Source: Aquificota bacterium (lineage in GTDB: Bacteria > Aquificota > Aquificia > Aquificales > QOAS01). From it: a DNA stretch of 47,435 bases. The translations under genes were made by a program, and so were the position numbers. The stretch is from positions 1 through 47,435 of the forward strand of contig JAADCT010000035.1 of NCBI GenBank assembly GCA_013154305.1, written 5' to 3'. Shown piece by piece: positions 37,584 through 46,829 of this stretch. Position 1 is the first letter of the stretch. The number at the start of each line of letters is the position of its first letter. The notes below the pieces were generated by a model. That model had not been told where the DNA came from. It saw only the letters and a program-made list of their open reading frames with translations, and did not search any database.

Positions 37584-38918
37584 ATGGAGTTTGACCTGGT
37601 GGTGCTGGGCTGCGGAAGCGCCGGAACCGAGGCGGTGAAGGAGGCCCTCCGCTACACCAAAAGGATTTTGTGCGTCGACCGCTCGCCCGAGGCCGTTGGC
37701 GGAACCTGCCTAAACCGCGGCTGCGTTCCCGCCAAGTTTCTCCGAAAGGGCGCCCTCCTTTCGGAGGAGGTGAAAAGGGCCTCCTTTTACGGCCTTTCGG
37801 CCTCTTTAGGCGAAACTTCCTTCGCCGGGGCCGTCGATTCGGTCCGGCGCAGCGTAATAACCCCGATAAGGGAGGGTCTTTTAAAGTTTTTTAAGGCCAA
37901 GGGGGTAAAACTCCTCTTTTCCCCGCAGGTGAGGGTTTTGGGTCCAAACCTCCTGGAGGTCGGGGGCAAAAGGGTTTCTTTCCGATTTTTACTCGTTGCG
38001 ACGGGCTCGTCGCCGTCGGCCCTGCCCGGTCTCGTTAGTGACGGAAGGTTCGTCCTCGACACCGACTCCCTTTGGGACCTTACCGAACTTCCCCGCCGGC
38101 TTTTGATAGTGGGAGGGGGCGTTTCGGGCGTCGAGTTTGCCTACTCGCTAAAGCTCTACGGCGCCGAGGAGGTCTACCTCGTCGAACTGGAAAAGGGTCT
38201 TTTGCCGACGGCGGGCTTTCCTCCCGATGCGGTCCGCAGGCTCGAGAGGGCCCTCAAGGGCCTCGGGGTAAAGGTTTTCACCGGCCGGTCGGTCGCCGAA
38301 GTCGACGCCGCGCGCAGAAGGGTCCTCCTTTCGGACGGAACCGTTTTGGAGGTCGACGCCGTTCTCCTGACCGTCGGAAGGAGGCCCAACACCTCGGACC
38401 TCGGACTGGAGGAGGTCGGCGTCGAGCTAGACCCCAAGGGTTTCGTAAAGACCAAAAAGGGCTACCGCACTTCGGTGGAGACGATATTCGCCGCCGGCGA
38501 CGTTTTGCCGACGCCCGCCCTGGCCCACGCGGCCGAGGGGGAAGCCCGACTGGCGGTCCGAAACGCCTTCGAAAACCGCTTCGAGGAACTCGACTACGAC
38601 CGCCTCCCCTCGGTGGTCTACTCCTACTACGAACTGGGAAGGTTCGGAAAGACCGAGACCGACCTGAGGAGGGAAAAGGTCCCCTTCGAGGTAAAGCTCC
38701 TTAACTTCCGCTCCGTAGCCCGCGCCCTGGCCGAGGGCGAAGAGGGCCTCGTCAAGGTCTACGCCTCCCCCGAGGGAAGGATTTTGGGTGCGGTGGTTTT
38801 GAGCCGAAAGAGCACCGACTCGCTCCTTCACCTCCTGCTCGAGGCCGAAAACCTCGGACGCCTCAAAGGGCTCGTCTTCGCCCACCCGACGGTCGAGGAG
38901 GTCCTCAAAAACCTTTAA
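37584..38918 (+). CDS. Dihydrolipoamide dehydrogenase-like pyridine nucleotide-disulfide oxidoreductase
   Basis: GGTCLNRGCVP redox disulfide, GGGVSGVE, GRRPN, AAGD and HPTVEE motifs. Confidence 0.87.
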   Translation: MEFDLVVLGCGSAGTEAVKEALRYTKRILCVDRSPEAVGGTCLNRGCVPAKFLRKGALLSEEVKRASFYGLSASLGETSFAGAVDSVRRSVITPIREGLLKFFKAKGVKLLFSPQVRVLGPNLLEVGGKRVSFRFLLVATGSSPSALPGLVSDGRFVLDTDSLWDLTELPRRLLIVGGGVSGVEFAYSLKLYGAEEVYLVELEKGLLPTAGFPPDAVRRLERALKGLGVKVFTGRSVAEVDAARRRVLLSDGTVLEVDAVLLTVGRRPNTSDLGLEEVGVELDPKGFVKTKKGYRTSVETIFAAGDVLPTPALAHAAEGEARLAVRNAFENRFEELDYDRLPSVVYSYYELGRFGKTETDLRREKVPFEVKLLNFRSVARALAEGEEGLVKVYASPEGRILGAVVLSRKSTDSLLHLLLEAENLGRLKGLVFAHPTVEEVLKNL

Positions 38919-38933
38919 CCCCTTTCGGAAAGG

Positions 38934-38956
38934 GCCCGCGGCCTAAGGGCCGCGGG
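38934..38956. repeat. Copy 2 of the 23-bp palindromic element, exact reverse complement of 37012-37034
   Basis: GCCCGCGGCCTAAGGGCCGCGGG is the reverse complement of CCCGCGGCCCTTAGGCCGCGGGC. Confidence 0.85.
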
Positions 38957-39008
38957 ATTTCAAACTCTTTAACTAATTTACAATTGTCTTCTTCGAAAGG
39001 AGGTTGTA

Positions 39009-39797
39009 ATGCCCGCCAAAGTTTTCGTCGTTACCTCGGGCAAGGGAGGCGTCGGAAAGTCGACGACCACGGCCAACGTTGCCACCGCCTTGGCCAAGCT
39101 GGGCAAAAAGGTTTTGGCCATCGACGCCGACATAGGCCTCAGGAACCTCGACATGCTTTTGGGTCTCGAAAACCGCATCGTCTACGACATACTCGACGTG
39201 GTCGAGGGCCGCACGACGCCCGAAAAGGCCTTCATCCGCGACAAGAGGGGATTGCCGCTGTACCTTTTGGCGGCCAACCAGACCAAGAACAAGGACGCCA
39301 TAAGCGAGGAGCAGATGGTCGAGCTAGTCAAAAACCTGAAGGAGAACTACGACTTTGACTACATACTGATAGACTCGCCCGCCGGCATAGAGCAGGGCTT
39401 TAAAAACGCCGCCGCCCCGGCCGACGCCGCCCTAGTCGTCGTAAACCCGGAGGTGGCCTCCGTCCGCGACGCCGACCGCGTCATAGGCCTCCTCGAAAAC
39501 ATGGGCAAGGAGGAAATCCACCTCATCATCAACCGCATCGACTGGAAGAAGGTCAAGAAGGGGGAAATGATGTCGGTCGAGGACATCGAGGAGCTCCTCA
39601 AAACGCCCGTAATAGGGGTGGTCCCTTACGAGGACAAACTGGTCGACTTTACCAACCGCGGGGTTCCCATAGTTCTCGAAGAGAAGTACGACTCGGCCAA
39701 GGCCTTTATGGACATCGCCCGCCGCATAACCGGCGAGCAGGTTCCGCTCAAGTTCTACGGCCAAAGGAAGGGCCTTTTGGGCTTTCTCTTCGGCTAA
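39009..39797 (+). CDS. minD: Septum site-determining ATPase MinD
   Basis: SGKGGVGKST, DIGLRNLD, DSPAGIE and C-terminal amphipathic helix GLLGFLFG. Confidence 0.96.
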   Translation: MPAKVFVVTSGKGGVGKSTTTANVATALAKLGKKVLAIDADIGLRNLDMLLGLENRIVYDILDVVEGRTTPEKAFIRDKRGLPLYLLAANQTKNKDAISEEQMVELVKNLKENYDFDYILIDSPAGIEQGFKNAAAPADAALVVVNPEVASVRDADRVIGLLENMGKEEIHLIINRIDWKKVKKGEMMSVEDIEELLKTPVIGVVPYEDKLVDFTNRGVPIVLEEKYDSAKAFMDIARRITGEQVPLKFYGQRKGLLGFLFG

Positions 39798-39812
39798 GGG
39801 GAGGGTGAAAAA

Positions 39813-40064
39813 ATGGGCATTTTCGACTTCTTTTTCCGCAGGCGGGGCGGCAGCGCCAAGGAGGCCAAGGAGCGCCTTATGGTCGTTTTGGGCTACGACC
39901 GCAAAAAGCTTCCCCCCAACTTCGCCGAAAGGCTCAAAGAGGACCTGATAAAGGTCTTTTCCCAATACGAGCAGTTCGACATAAGGAGCATCGAGGTGGA
40001 GATGAAGGAGTCGGCCGACGGTAAGATGGCCGAACTCTGGATTTCCATACCTTTTAAGGAATAG
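39813..40064 (+). CDS. minE: Cell division topological specificity factor MinE
   Basis: IFDFFF membrane-targeting helix; SAKEAKERL..V...DR. Confidence 0.92.
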   Translation: MGIFDFFFRRRGGSAKEAKERLMVVLGYDRKKLPPNFAERLKEDLIKVFSQYEQFDIRSIEVEMKESADGKMAELWISIPFKE

Positions 40065-41033
40065 ATGGTTTACTTTTTGCTGCGGCGCCTGCTTCAGGGC
40101 TTTTTCGTGCTCTTTGGCGTCTCGCTCCTGAGCTTTTTGATTATTAAGCTTTCGCCCGGCAGCGTTCTCGACCAGCTGAAGCTCAACCCCGCCGTATCGC
40201 CCGAGACGCTGCGGCGCCTCGAGGAGGCCTACGGCCTCAACGAAAACGCCCTCGTTCAGTTCTTCAAGTGGTTTTGGAACGCGCTGCGCTTTGACTTCGG
40301 CTACTCGCTCCAGTACCACGCGCCCGTTTCCCAGCTCCTTTGGGAGAGACTTCCCAACACCCTCGCCCTGACGGCGGGCGCGGCCCTCTTTGCGTGGCTT
40401 TTGGCCTTCCCGCTGGGCATCCTGGCCGCCCTCAAAAGGGGCTCCCTTTTGGACCGCCTCCTTTTGGCCTTTTCCTACCTGTTTATGTCGGTTCCCTCCT
40501 TTTTCCTGGCCTTTTTGGCCGTCTTTTTCGCGGTAAAGACCGGCCTCTTTCCCGTCGGGGGAACCCACTCGCCGAATTACGCCGACCTTTCGACGCCGGA
40601 AAGGGTTTTGGACTACCTCCACCACCTGGCCCTTCCGGTTCTCGTTTTGGGCCTCGGGGGGCTGGCCGGGCTTTTGAGGCTGGTAAGGAGCTCGGCCCTC
40701 GAGGTCCTAAACTCGCCCCTGATGGTCTACCTGGAGGCCAAGGGCGCCCCCTTCAGGGTAAAGCTCAAACACCTTTTGAGGAACATGCTAAACCCCTTTA
40801 TTACCCTTTTGGGGTTTGAGATAGCGTCGCTCGTTTCGGGGGCCGCGCTGGTGGAGATAGTCCTCGGCTGGCCGGGCCTGGGGAGCCTGATGCTGGAAGC
40901 GGTTCTGGCCAAGGACGTTTTCCTCGTAATGGGTTCGCTCTTTGTCGGAACGCTCCTTTTGGTGGTCGGAAACCTGATTGCCGACCTCCTTTTGGCCCTC
41001 AACGACCCCCGCGTACGCGAAAAGGGCTTTTGA
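40065..41033 (+). CDS. Peptide/nickel ABC transporter permease (OppB/DppB family)
   Basis: DFGYS, RLPNTL, HLALP and SGAALVE...WPGLG motifs. Confidence 0.9.
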   Translation: MVYFLLRRLLQGFFVLFGVSLLSFLIIKLSPGSVLDQLKLNPAVSPETLRRLEEAYGLNENALVQFFKWFWNALRFDFGYSLQYHAPVSQLLWERLPNTLALTAGAALFAWLLAFPLGILAALKRGSLLDRLLLAFSYLFMSVPSFFLAFLAVFFAVKTGLFPVGGTHSPNYADLSTPERVLDYLHHLALPVLVLGLGGLAGLLRLVRSSALEVLNSPLMVYLEAKGAPFRVKLKHLLRNMLNPFITLLGFEIASLVSGAALVEIVLGWPGLGSLMLEAVLAKDVFLVMGSLFVGTLLLVVGNLIADLLLALNDPRVREKGF

Positions 41034-41060
41034 GGGCCCGTCCCTATATTTAACTCTTTG

Positions 41061-43400
41061 ATGGTAGAGCAACCTTTCGGAGCACCTCCCCAGCTTCCCG
41101 ACGAGCTGGTCCTTCAAACCGTTCCCCTGAGGGACCTAGTCGTCTTTCCCAACGTCGTTACCCCCCTCTTTATCGGGCGGCCCTTTTCGATAGAGGCGGT
41201 GAGGCGGGCGTGGGAGGGAAACCGCCTCCTCTTTCTGCCCGTTCAATACGACAAGGAGAAGGAGGAGGTCGGGCCCGAAGACGTTTCCAAGTTCGGAACG
41301 GTTGCCCGTTTGCTCCGCATAGCCACCATCGAGGACAACCGCCTCAAGGTTTTGGTCCAAGGCCTTGCCCGCGGCGAGGCCGAGGAATACCGCTTCGGCG
41401 ACACCATAACCGCCAAGGTGAAGGTCCACAAGGAGAAAAGGCCGGAGCTCTCGCTCGAGGACCGGGCCCTGATGCAGGAAATTAAGGAGCTTTTGGAAAA
41501 GGCCGTTGCCCTCGGGAAGAAGGTCATTCCCGACATGCTCTACCTGATAAAGAACCTCGAGGACCCGGTCAAGTTTACCGACCTGGTGGCCTCGGTCCTC
41601 GACCTCAAAACCGAGGAGGCCCTAAAGCTCCTGGAAACGACCGACGTGAGGGAGCGGCTGCGGCTCGTTTACGAGCTTCTCAACCGCGAGGTGGGCCTGC
41701 TCGAAATTCAGCAAAAGATACGGGAGCAGGCCCGAAAGACTATGGAAAAGGAACAAAAAGAGTACTTCCTGCGCCACCAGCTCAAGGCGATACAGGAGGA
41801 GCTTGGCGTCGGTAAAAACCCGGAGGTCGAGGAATACCGCAAGAAGCTCAAGGCCCTGAAGCTCCCCAAGGAGGTCCGCGAGCAAATCGAAAAGGAGATA
41901 GACCGGCTGGAGAAGCTTCACCCCGACAGCGCCGAGGCCGGCGTTCTCAGGACTTGGCTCGACTGGGTTTTGAACCTGCCCTGGAACAAGAAAACGCGCG
42001 ACCGCTACGACCTAAAGAGGGCCCGCGAGATTCTCGACCGCGACCACTACGACCTGGAAAAGATTAAGGAACGCATAGTCGAATACCTGGCCGTTCGAAA
42101 GCTTACCCGGGGAAAGACCAAGGGTCCGATTTTGCTCTTCGTGGGACCGCCGGGCGTCGGTAAAACCTCCCTCGGAAAGTCGATAGCCAAGTCGCTCGGA
42201 AGGAAGTTCGTCCGCATCTCGCTGGGCGGCGTCCGCGACGAGGCCGAAATCCGCGGCCACCGCCGCACTTACGTGGGCGCCATGCCGGGCAAAATTATGC
42301 AGGCGATAAAGCGCGCCGGCGTCAAGAACCCGGTCCTGATGCTGGACGAGATAGACAAAATGGCCGTCTCGTTCCAGGGCGACCCGGCGGCGGCACTGCT
42401 GGAGGTCCTCGACCCGGAGCAGAACAAAAACTTCGTCGACCACTACATAAACCTCCCCTTTGACCTCTCGGAGGTCATCTTCATCTGCACGGCCAACCGC
42501 CTCGACACCATTCCGCTGCCGCTTTTGGACCGGATGGAGGTTTTGCGCCTTTCGGGCTACTCGGAGGAGGAAAAGCTCGAAATCGCCAAGCGCCACCTCG
42601 TTCCCAAACTGGTTCCCGAACACGGCTTTAAGCCGGAGGAGGTCCGGTTCACCGACGAGGCCCTGCTGGAGATAATTCGGCGCTACACCCACGAGGCGGG
42701 CGTTAGGAACCTCCAGCGCCAAATTTCGGCCGTTTTGCGCAAGCTGGCGGTCAAAAAACTCGAGGGCGAAAAGCCACCCTTTGTCGTTACGGCGGAGCTG
42801 GTTCGCAAGCTTTTGGGAACGCCGCGCTTTTTGCCCTCCAAGAAGGAGAAACCGGAAGTCGGCGTCGTTACGGGGCTGGCGTGGACCGAGCTGGGCGGGG
42901 AGATTATGTTCATCGAGGCCCTGCGGATGCCGGGTAAGGGTAACCTGATTTTGACCGGAAAGCTCGGCGAGGTTATGAAAGAGAGCGCAAAGACCGCCCT
43001 ATCCTACATTCGGTCCAACGCCGAGCGCTACGGCGTCGACGCCTCCCTCTTTGAAAAGAGCGACGTGCACATCCACGTTCCGGAGGCGGCCATTCCCAAG
43101 GACGGACCTTCGGCGGGCGTTGCGATAGCCACGGCCCTCCTTTCGGTCTTTACCGAAACGCCGGTCAGAAACGACGTCGCCATGACGGGTGAGATTACCT
43201 TAACGGGCGACGTTTTGCCCGTCGGGGGGATAAAGGAAAAGATTTTGGCCGCCAAGAGGGCCGGCATTTACGAGGTCATCCTTCCCAAGGAGAACGAGAA
43301 GGAGGTTACGGAGGACCTTCCGGAGTTCGTCCGCGACAAGATGAAGTTCCACTTCGTGAAAAAGGTCGACGAGGTTTTCGACCTGGCGTTGGTAAAGTAG
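41061..43400 (+). CDS. lon: ATP-dependent Lon protease
   Basis: [28 protein letters not shown] (catalytic Ser) and GGIKEK (Lys). Confidence 0.97.
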   Translation: MVEQPFGAPPQLPDELVLQTVPLRDLVVFPNVVTPLFIGRPFSIEAVRRAWEGNRLLFLPVQYDKEKEEVGPEDVSKFGTVARLLRIATIEDNRLKVLVQGLARGEAEEYRFGDTITAKVKVHKEKRPELSLEDRALMQEIKELLEKAVALGKKVIPDMLYLIKNLEDPVKFTDLVASVLDLKTEEALKLLETTDVRERLRLVYELLNREVGLLEIQQKIREQARKTMEKEQKEYFLRHQLKAIQEELGVGKNPEVEEYRKKLKALKLPKEVREQIEKEIDRLEKLHPDSAEAGVLRTWLDWVLNLPWNKKTRDRYDLKRAREILDRDHYDLEKIKERIVEYLAVRKLTRGKTKGPILLFVGPPGVGKTSLGKSIAKSLGRKFVRISLGGVRDEAEIRGHRRTYVGAMPGKIMQAIKRAGVKNPVLMLDEIDKMAVSFQGDPAAALLEVLDPEQNKNFVDHYINLPFDLSEVIFICTANRLDTIPLPLLDRMEVLRLSGYSEEEKLEIAKRHLVPKLVPEHGFKPEEVRFTDEALLEIIRRYTHEAGVRNLQRQISAVLRKLAVKKLEGEKPPFVVTAELVRKLLGTPRFLPSKKEKPEVGVVTGLAWTELGGEIMFIEALRMPGKGNLILTGKLGEVMKESAKTALSYIRSNAERYGVDASLFEKSDVHIHVPEAAIPKDGPSAGVAIATALLSVFTETPVRNDVAMTGEITLTGDVLPVGGIKEKILAAKRAGIYEVILPKENEKEVTEDLPEFVRDKMKFHFVKKVDEVFDLALVK

Positions 43401-43538
43401 TCTCCCTTCCCCTTTCGGTCCTTCCTCTCCCGCGGAGCGGGCTTTTTCCTTAAGTTAAAAAACTTTCAAACCGTTTTCCTAAGCCGATAACGGCCGCGCC
43501 GCCGACGATTTCTTTTGTGGGAAAATAAATGGGCACCA

Positions 43539-44390
43539 ATGGCCTCCCCTCTGCTCGAAAGGCAGTCGGTAAACCTCTACTACCTCGGTTCGAGAACGGC
43601 CTTTGCCTTTTTGCTCCTAACGGTGGCCCTCTTTAAAAACGCCTTTACCTTCGAAAGGTCCTTTACGACCTTTTTACTCCTGTCGTATGCGACTTTAAAC
43701 CTTCTGCTCTTTTTGAGGGGTGAGGGTTTTCTTTCGGCAAGGTGGGTCCGCTACCTGGACTACGGTTTGGCCCTTTTGTTTCTCTCGGCGGCGGTGAACT
43801 TTTACGGAGTGGTTCCCTTCGGGGTGGTGGTGGTCCTCTACTCGGTCCTCTTTTGGGGGGAGGTTACGCTCCTTACCGCCGCCGGTTCGGTCCTCCTGTT
43901 GGTTTGGAGCCTGCTGGGGAGGTTTCCCTTCGACGACTTTTTGGTCTCCTTCGTTTACCTGACGGCGATGGGGTTGGTGGCCACCAAGTGGAACCTCCTC
44001 CGGTTCGTAAAGTTGGAGAGGGAGAGCATCCGCTCCCTCAAGGCGCTGGTCGAGCGGCTTTCGCGCGAAAACGCTCTAAAGAGTGCCGAGCTTCAGGTCT
44101 ACGAGGAGGTCCGGGCGGTGGTAAACCGCCTGGCCGAGACCCGGCGAACGGAGGAGGTTCCAAAGGTTTTGGCCAACTTTTTGGCGGCCGAGGAGGTGGA
44201 AATTGCGCCCTTTCGGGGTAAAACCGCCCTGCGGCGCGACGCGGTTACGGTCCGCGCCGGCCGCGTTCTCCTGACCGTGAGGCCGAAACACCGCTTCCTC
44301 CTAAAGGACAAGCGCTACCGCCAAAAGGTGGCCGTTTTGGTTCAGCTGATTCGCCCCTACTTGGAGAGCTTTTTGGCAAAGAGCAGGTAA
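43539..44390 (+). CDS. Hypothetical membrane protein (about 6 TM + coiled coil + small soluble domain)
   Basis: Long ORF with hydrophobic N-terminal half; start uncertain (43515 or 43539). Confidence 0.7.
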   Translation: MASPLLERQSVNLYYLGSRTAFAFLLLTVALFKNAFTFERSFTTFLLLSYATLNLLLFLRGEGFLSARWVRYLDYGLALLFLSAAVNFYGVVPFGVVVVLYSVLFWGEVTLLTAAGSVLLLVWSLLGRFPFDDFLVSFVYLTAMGLVATKWNLLRFVKLERESIRSLKALVERLSRENALKSAELQVYEEVRAVVNRLAETRRTEEVPKVLANFLAAEEVEIAPFRGKTALRRDAVTVRAGRVLLTVRPKHRFLLKDKRYRQKVAVLVQLIRPYLESFLAKSR

Positions 44391-45112
44391 GCGGTGTGGG
44401 CCACCATCTGGTCCTCGGGTCTGAAGCGGTCGGGGTTGGGCTTGTAGGGTCTCGTCAGGATTTCGACGACCTCAACGTCGCCGAAAAAGGGCCTCAGGTG
44501 CCTCAGAAGTTCCTGAACCTGGTTGGCCGTGGGCAGTAAAAAGCCGACCGGCGCCGAGGGCTTTAGAACGCTCCAAACGGCCTCGACGAAGGGCCAGGGT
44601 TCGCGAACGTCGACGAAGGCGGCGTCAAACTCGACCTCCCCGACCCTTTCGGGTGAAAAGGGTTCGTTGAAGAGAACGACGTTGTCGTAGGGGGCAAACC
44701 TTTCGAGGTTTTTTTTGGCGACCCGGTAGATTCGCTCCTCCCTTTCGAAGGTGTAGACCTTGCCGGAGGGTCCCACGGCGGAGGAAAAGACGAGGGCGGT
44801 GGCCCCGCTGCCGGTTCCGAATTCGAGGACCTTCTTTCCCTCCCTCAGGTCGAGTTTGTGGGCCGCGTAGAAGGTGTCCTTGGGGTAAACGATTTGGGTC
44901 TCGCGGCGGATACCGTAGAGGATTATCTCCTCCAGGGTGGGTTTGAAGATTTGAAGCTCGCCGACGGTAATTCCGAAGGGTTTTCCCACGAGGTCCTTGT
45001 AGTGGAGGACCCCGCCTTTGTAGGAGAAGTTCTTGTCCGACTCGACCCTCTTTAGGTACCGCCGGTCCTTAAAGCGTATCAGAACGAGGTCGCCCTCCTT
45101 GATGGTTTCCAT
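44357..45112 (-). CDS. trmI: tRNA (adenine(58)-N1)-methyltransferase TrmI
   Basis: RETQIVYPKD, EFGTGSG, DVREPW, PTANQV and RP...MVAHTAYL motifs. Confidence 0.93.
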   Translation of the reverse strand: METIKEGDLVLIRFKDRRYLKRVESDKNFSYKGGVLHYKDLVGKPFGITVGELQIFKPTLEEIILYGIRRETQIVYPKDTFYAAHKLDLREGKKVLEFGTGSGATALVFSSAVGPSGKVYTFEREERIYRVAKKNLERFAPYDNVVLFNEPFSPERVGEVEFDAAFVDVREPWPFVEAVWSVLKPSAPVGFLLPTANQVQELLRHLRPFFGDVEVVEILTRPYKPNPDRFRPEDQMVAHTAYLLFAKKLSK

Positions 45113-45156
45113 TAGAGGAATAGGTATTGTAGGCTCGTGGAAAAATCTAATTACTT

Positions 45157-46200
45157 ATGTTCCGTTTGGCCCTCGACGCCATGGGGGGTGACTACGCCCC
45201 CCTCCAAATCGTAAGGGGCGGACTTCAGGCCCTCAAGGAGTTTCCCAACCTCTTCGTCTACTTCGTCGGGAGGAAGGAGGAGGTTTTACCCCTTTTGGGG
45301 AAGGAGGCCGAACCCTACAGGGACAGGTTTGAGGTCGTCGACGCCCCCGACGTGGTCGGCATGCAGGAGGCCCCCTCTAGGGTATTAAAGAAAAAGAATT
45401 CCTCCCTCTTCGTGGCGGCGAAACTCGTTCGCGAGGGGGCGGCCGACGCGCTGGTTTCGGCCGGAAACACCGGCGCGGTTTTGACGGTTGGCAAGTTCGT
45501 AATCGGCGCCATCGAGGAGCTGGAGAGGCCCTCAATCGGCGTGGCCTTTCCCAACCCGCGGGGAAAGACGGTTCTCCTCGACGTGGGGGCCAACGTCGAC
45601 GTAAAACCCCGCCACCTGGTCCAGTTTGCCGTAATCGGCCACACCTACGCGGAGGAGATTTTGGGCATTAAAAACCCGCGCGTGGGCATCCTCTCCATCG
45701 GCGAGGAGGAGGGAAAGGGCAACGAACTGGTGAAGGAAACCTATCCCCTCCTCAAGGAGACCAAACTGAACTTTTTGGGGAACGCGGAGGGTCGGGACAT
45801 TTTCGCCGGCACCTTCGACGTCATCGTTTGCGACGGTTTCGTCGGCAACGTGGTCCTGAAGGCCTCCGAGGCCCTCGGCTTTGCCGTCATAAACATGATT
45901 AAGGAGGAGGTGAAAAAGAGCTTTTGGGCAAAGGTCGGGGCCTTTTTCATGCGAAAGGCCTTCAGGGCGCTCAAGCAAAAGGCCGACTTTGCCGAATACG
46001 GCGGCATACCCCTCCTGGGGGCCAAGGCGCCGGTAATAATCACCCACGGGAGGGCCAACGCCAAGGCCATAAGAAACGCCGTAAGGGCGGCCATGGAGTT
46101 TTACGACCACCACTTTAACGAGGTTTTGAAAAACAATCTGAAAAACCTCGCCGGTGAGGTCCTGGCCAAAACCCGCGCGGGGAACTCAAACAATTCCTAA
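45157..46200 (+). CDS. plsX: Phosphate acyltransferase PlsX
   Basis: LDAMGGDYAP, SAGNTGA, LDVGAN, IGEEEGKG and DGFVGNV motifs. Confidence 0.96.
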   Translation: MFRLALDAMGGDYAPLQIVRGGLQALKEFPNLFVYFVGRKEEVLPLLGKEAEPYRDRFEVVDAPDVVGMQEAPSRVLKKKNSSLFVAAKLVREGAADALVSAGNTGAVLTVGKFVIGAIEELERPSIGVAFPNPRGKTVLLDVGANVDVKPRHLVQFAVIGHTYAEEILGIKNPRVGILSIGEEEGKGNELVKETYPLLKETKLNFLGNAEGRDIFAGTFDVIVCDGFVGNVVLKASEALGFAVINMIKEEVKKSFWAKVGAFFMRKAFRALKQKADFAEYGGIPLLGAKAPVIITHGRANAKAIRNAVRAAMEFYDHHFNEVLKNNLKNLAGEVLAKTRAGNSNNS

Positions 46201-46716
46201 CTCCTTCAGCCTCTTTTCCAACTTTTTCCTGCAGGAGGGACAAAAGTCCTCGCCCTTTAGGTCGACCTCGTAAAGGGAGTTGGAAAAGTTCATCACGCAC
46301 CCGGGAGTAGGGCAGTGCTCCAGTCCGAAAACGTGACCCATTTCGTGGGTAACCTCCTTACGGACGCGGGAGCGAAAGAGGTCCCCGTCGGGGTCGACCA
46401 GCCGGGCGTAGGACACCACCGCCGCCCCGTGGAGCGGCGACGCCAGCCCGAAAACGAAGTTCAGCCCGTTTGAGTAAAGGTCGTGGGGAGTCAGTCCCAG
46501 GGCGGCGACCGCCTGCGGCGGTTTTACCTTCACCAGGTGGTACAAAAGGGCGTCGGCCAGAAGCTGTCCGTCCCTGGCCCCCATCAGCGGCGGCCTGAGG
46601 TCCCCGCCGTATTCCAACCTCAGGTTGAACTTTTCCCTCAAAACCCTTTCGGTTTCGGTCAAAACCGTTCCCGTAAGCCCGTCGACGCCGAAGGTGTAAA
46701 CCGCGCAAGGTTTCAT
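46186..46716 (-). CDS. amzA: Archaemetzincin (peptidase M54)
   Basis: NFVFGLA; HEMGHVFGLEHC-x4-CVM-x-FS...FCPSC. Confidence 0.92.
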   Translation of the reverse strand: MKPCAVYTFGVDGLTGTVLTETERVLREKFNLRLEYGGDLRPPLMGARDGQLLADALLYHLVKVKPPQAVAALGLTPHDLYSNGLNFVFGLASPLHGAAVVSYARLVDPDGDLFRSRVRKEVTHEMGHVFGLEHCPTPGCVMNFSNSLYEVDLKGEDFCPSCRKKLEKRLKELGIV

Positions 46717-46829
46717 AAAACTCAAAAACTTAGAAGGAAAACCCTTTCCCGTCCTTTCGAAGTTTTACGGAGGCCTCCGGAAAAACCCCCGTAGGAATGG
46801 AGTTTGAGAAACCCAAAAAGGGGAGCTTT

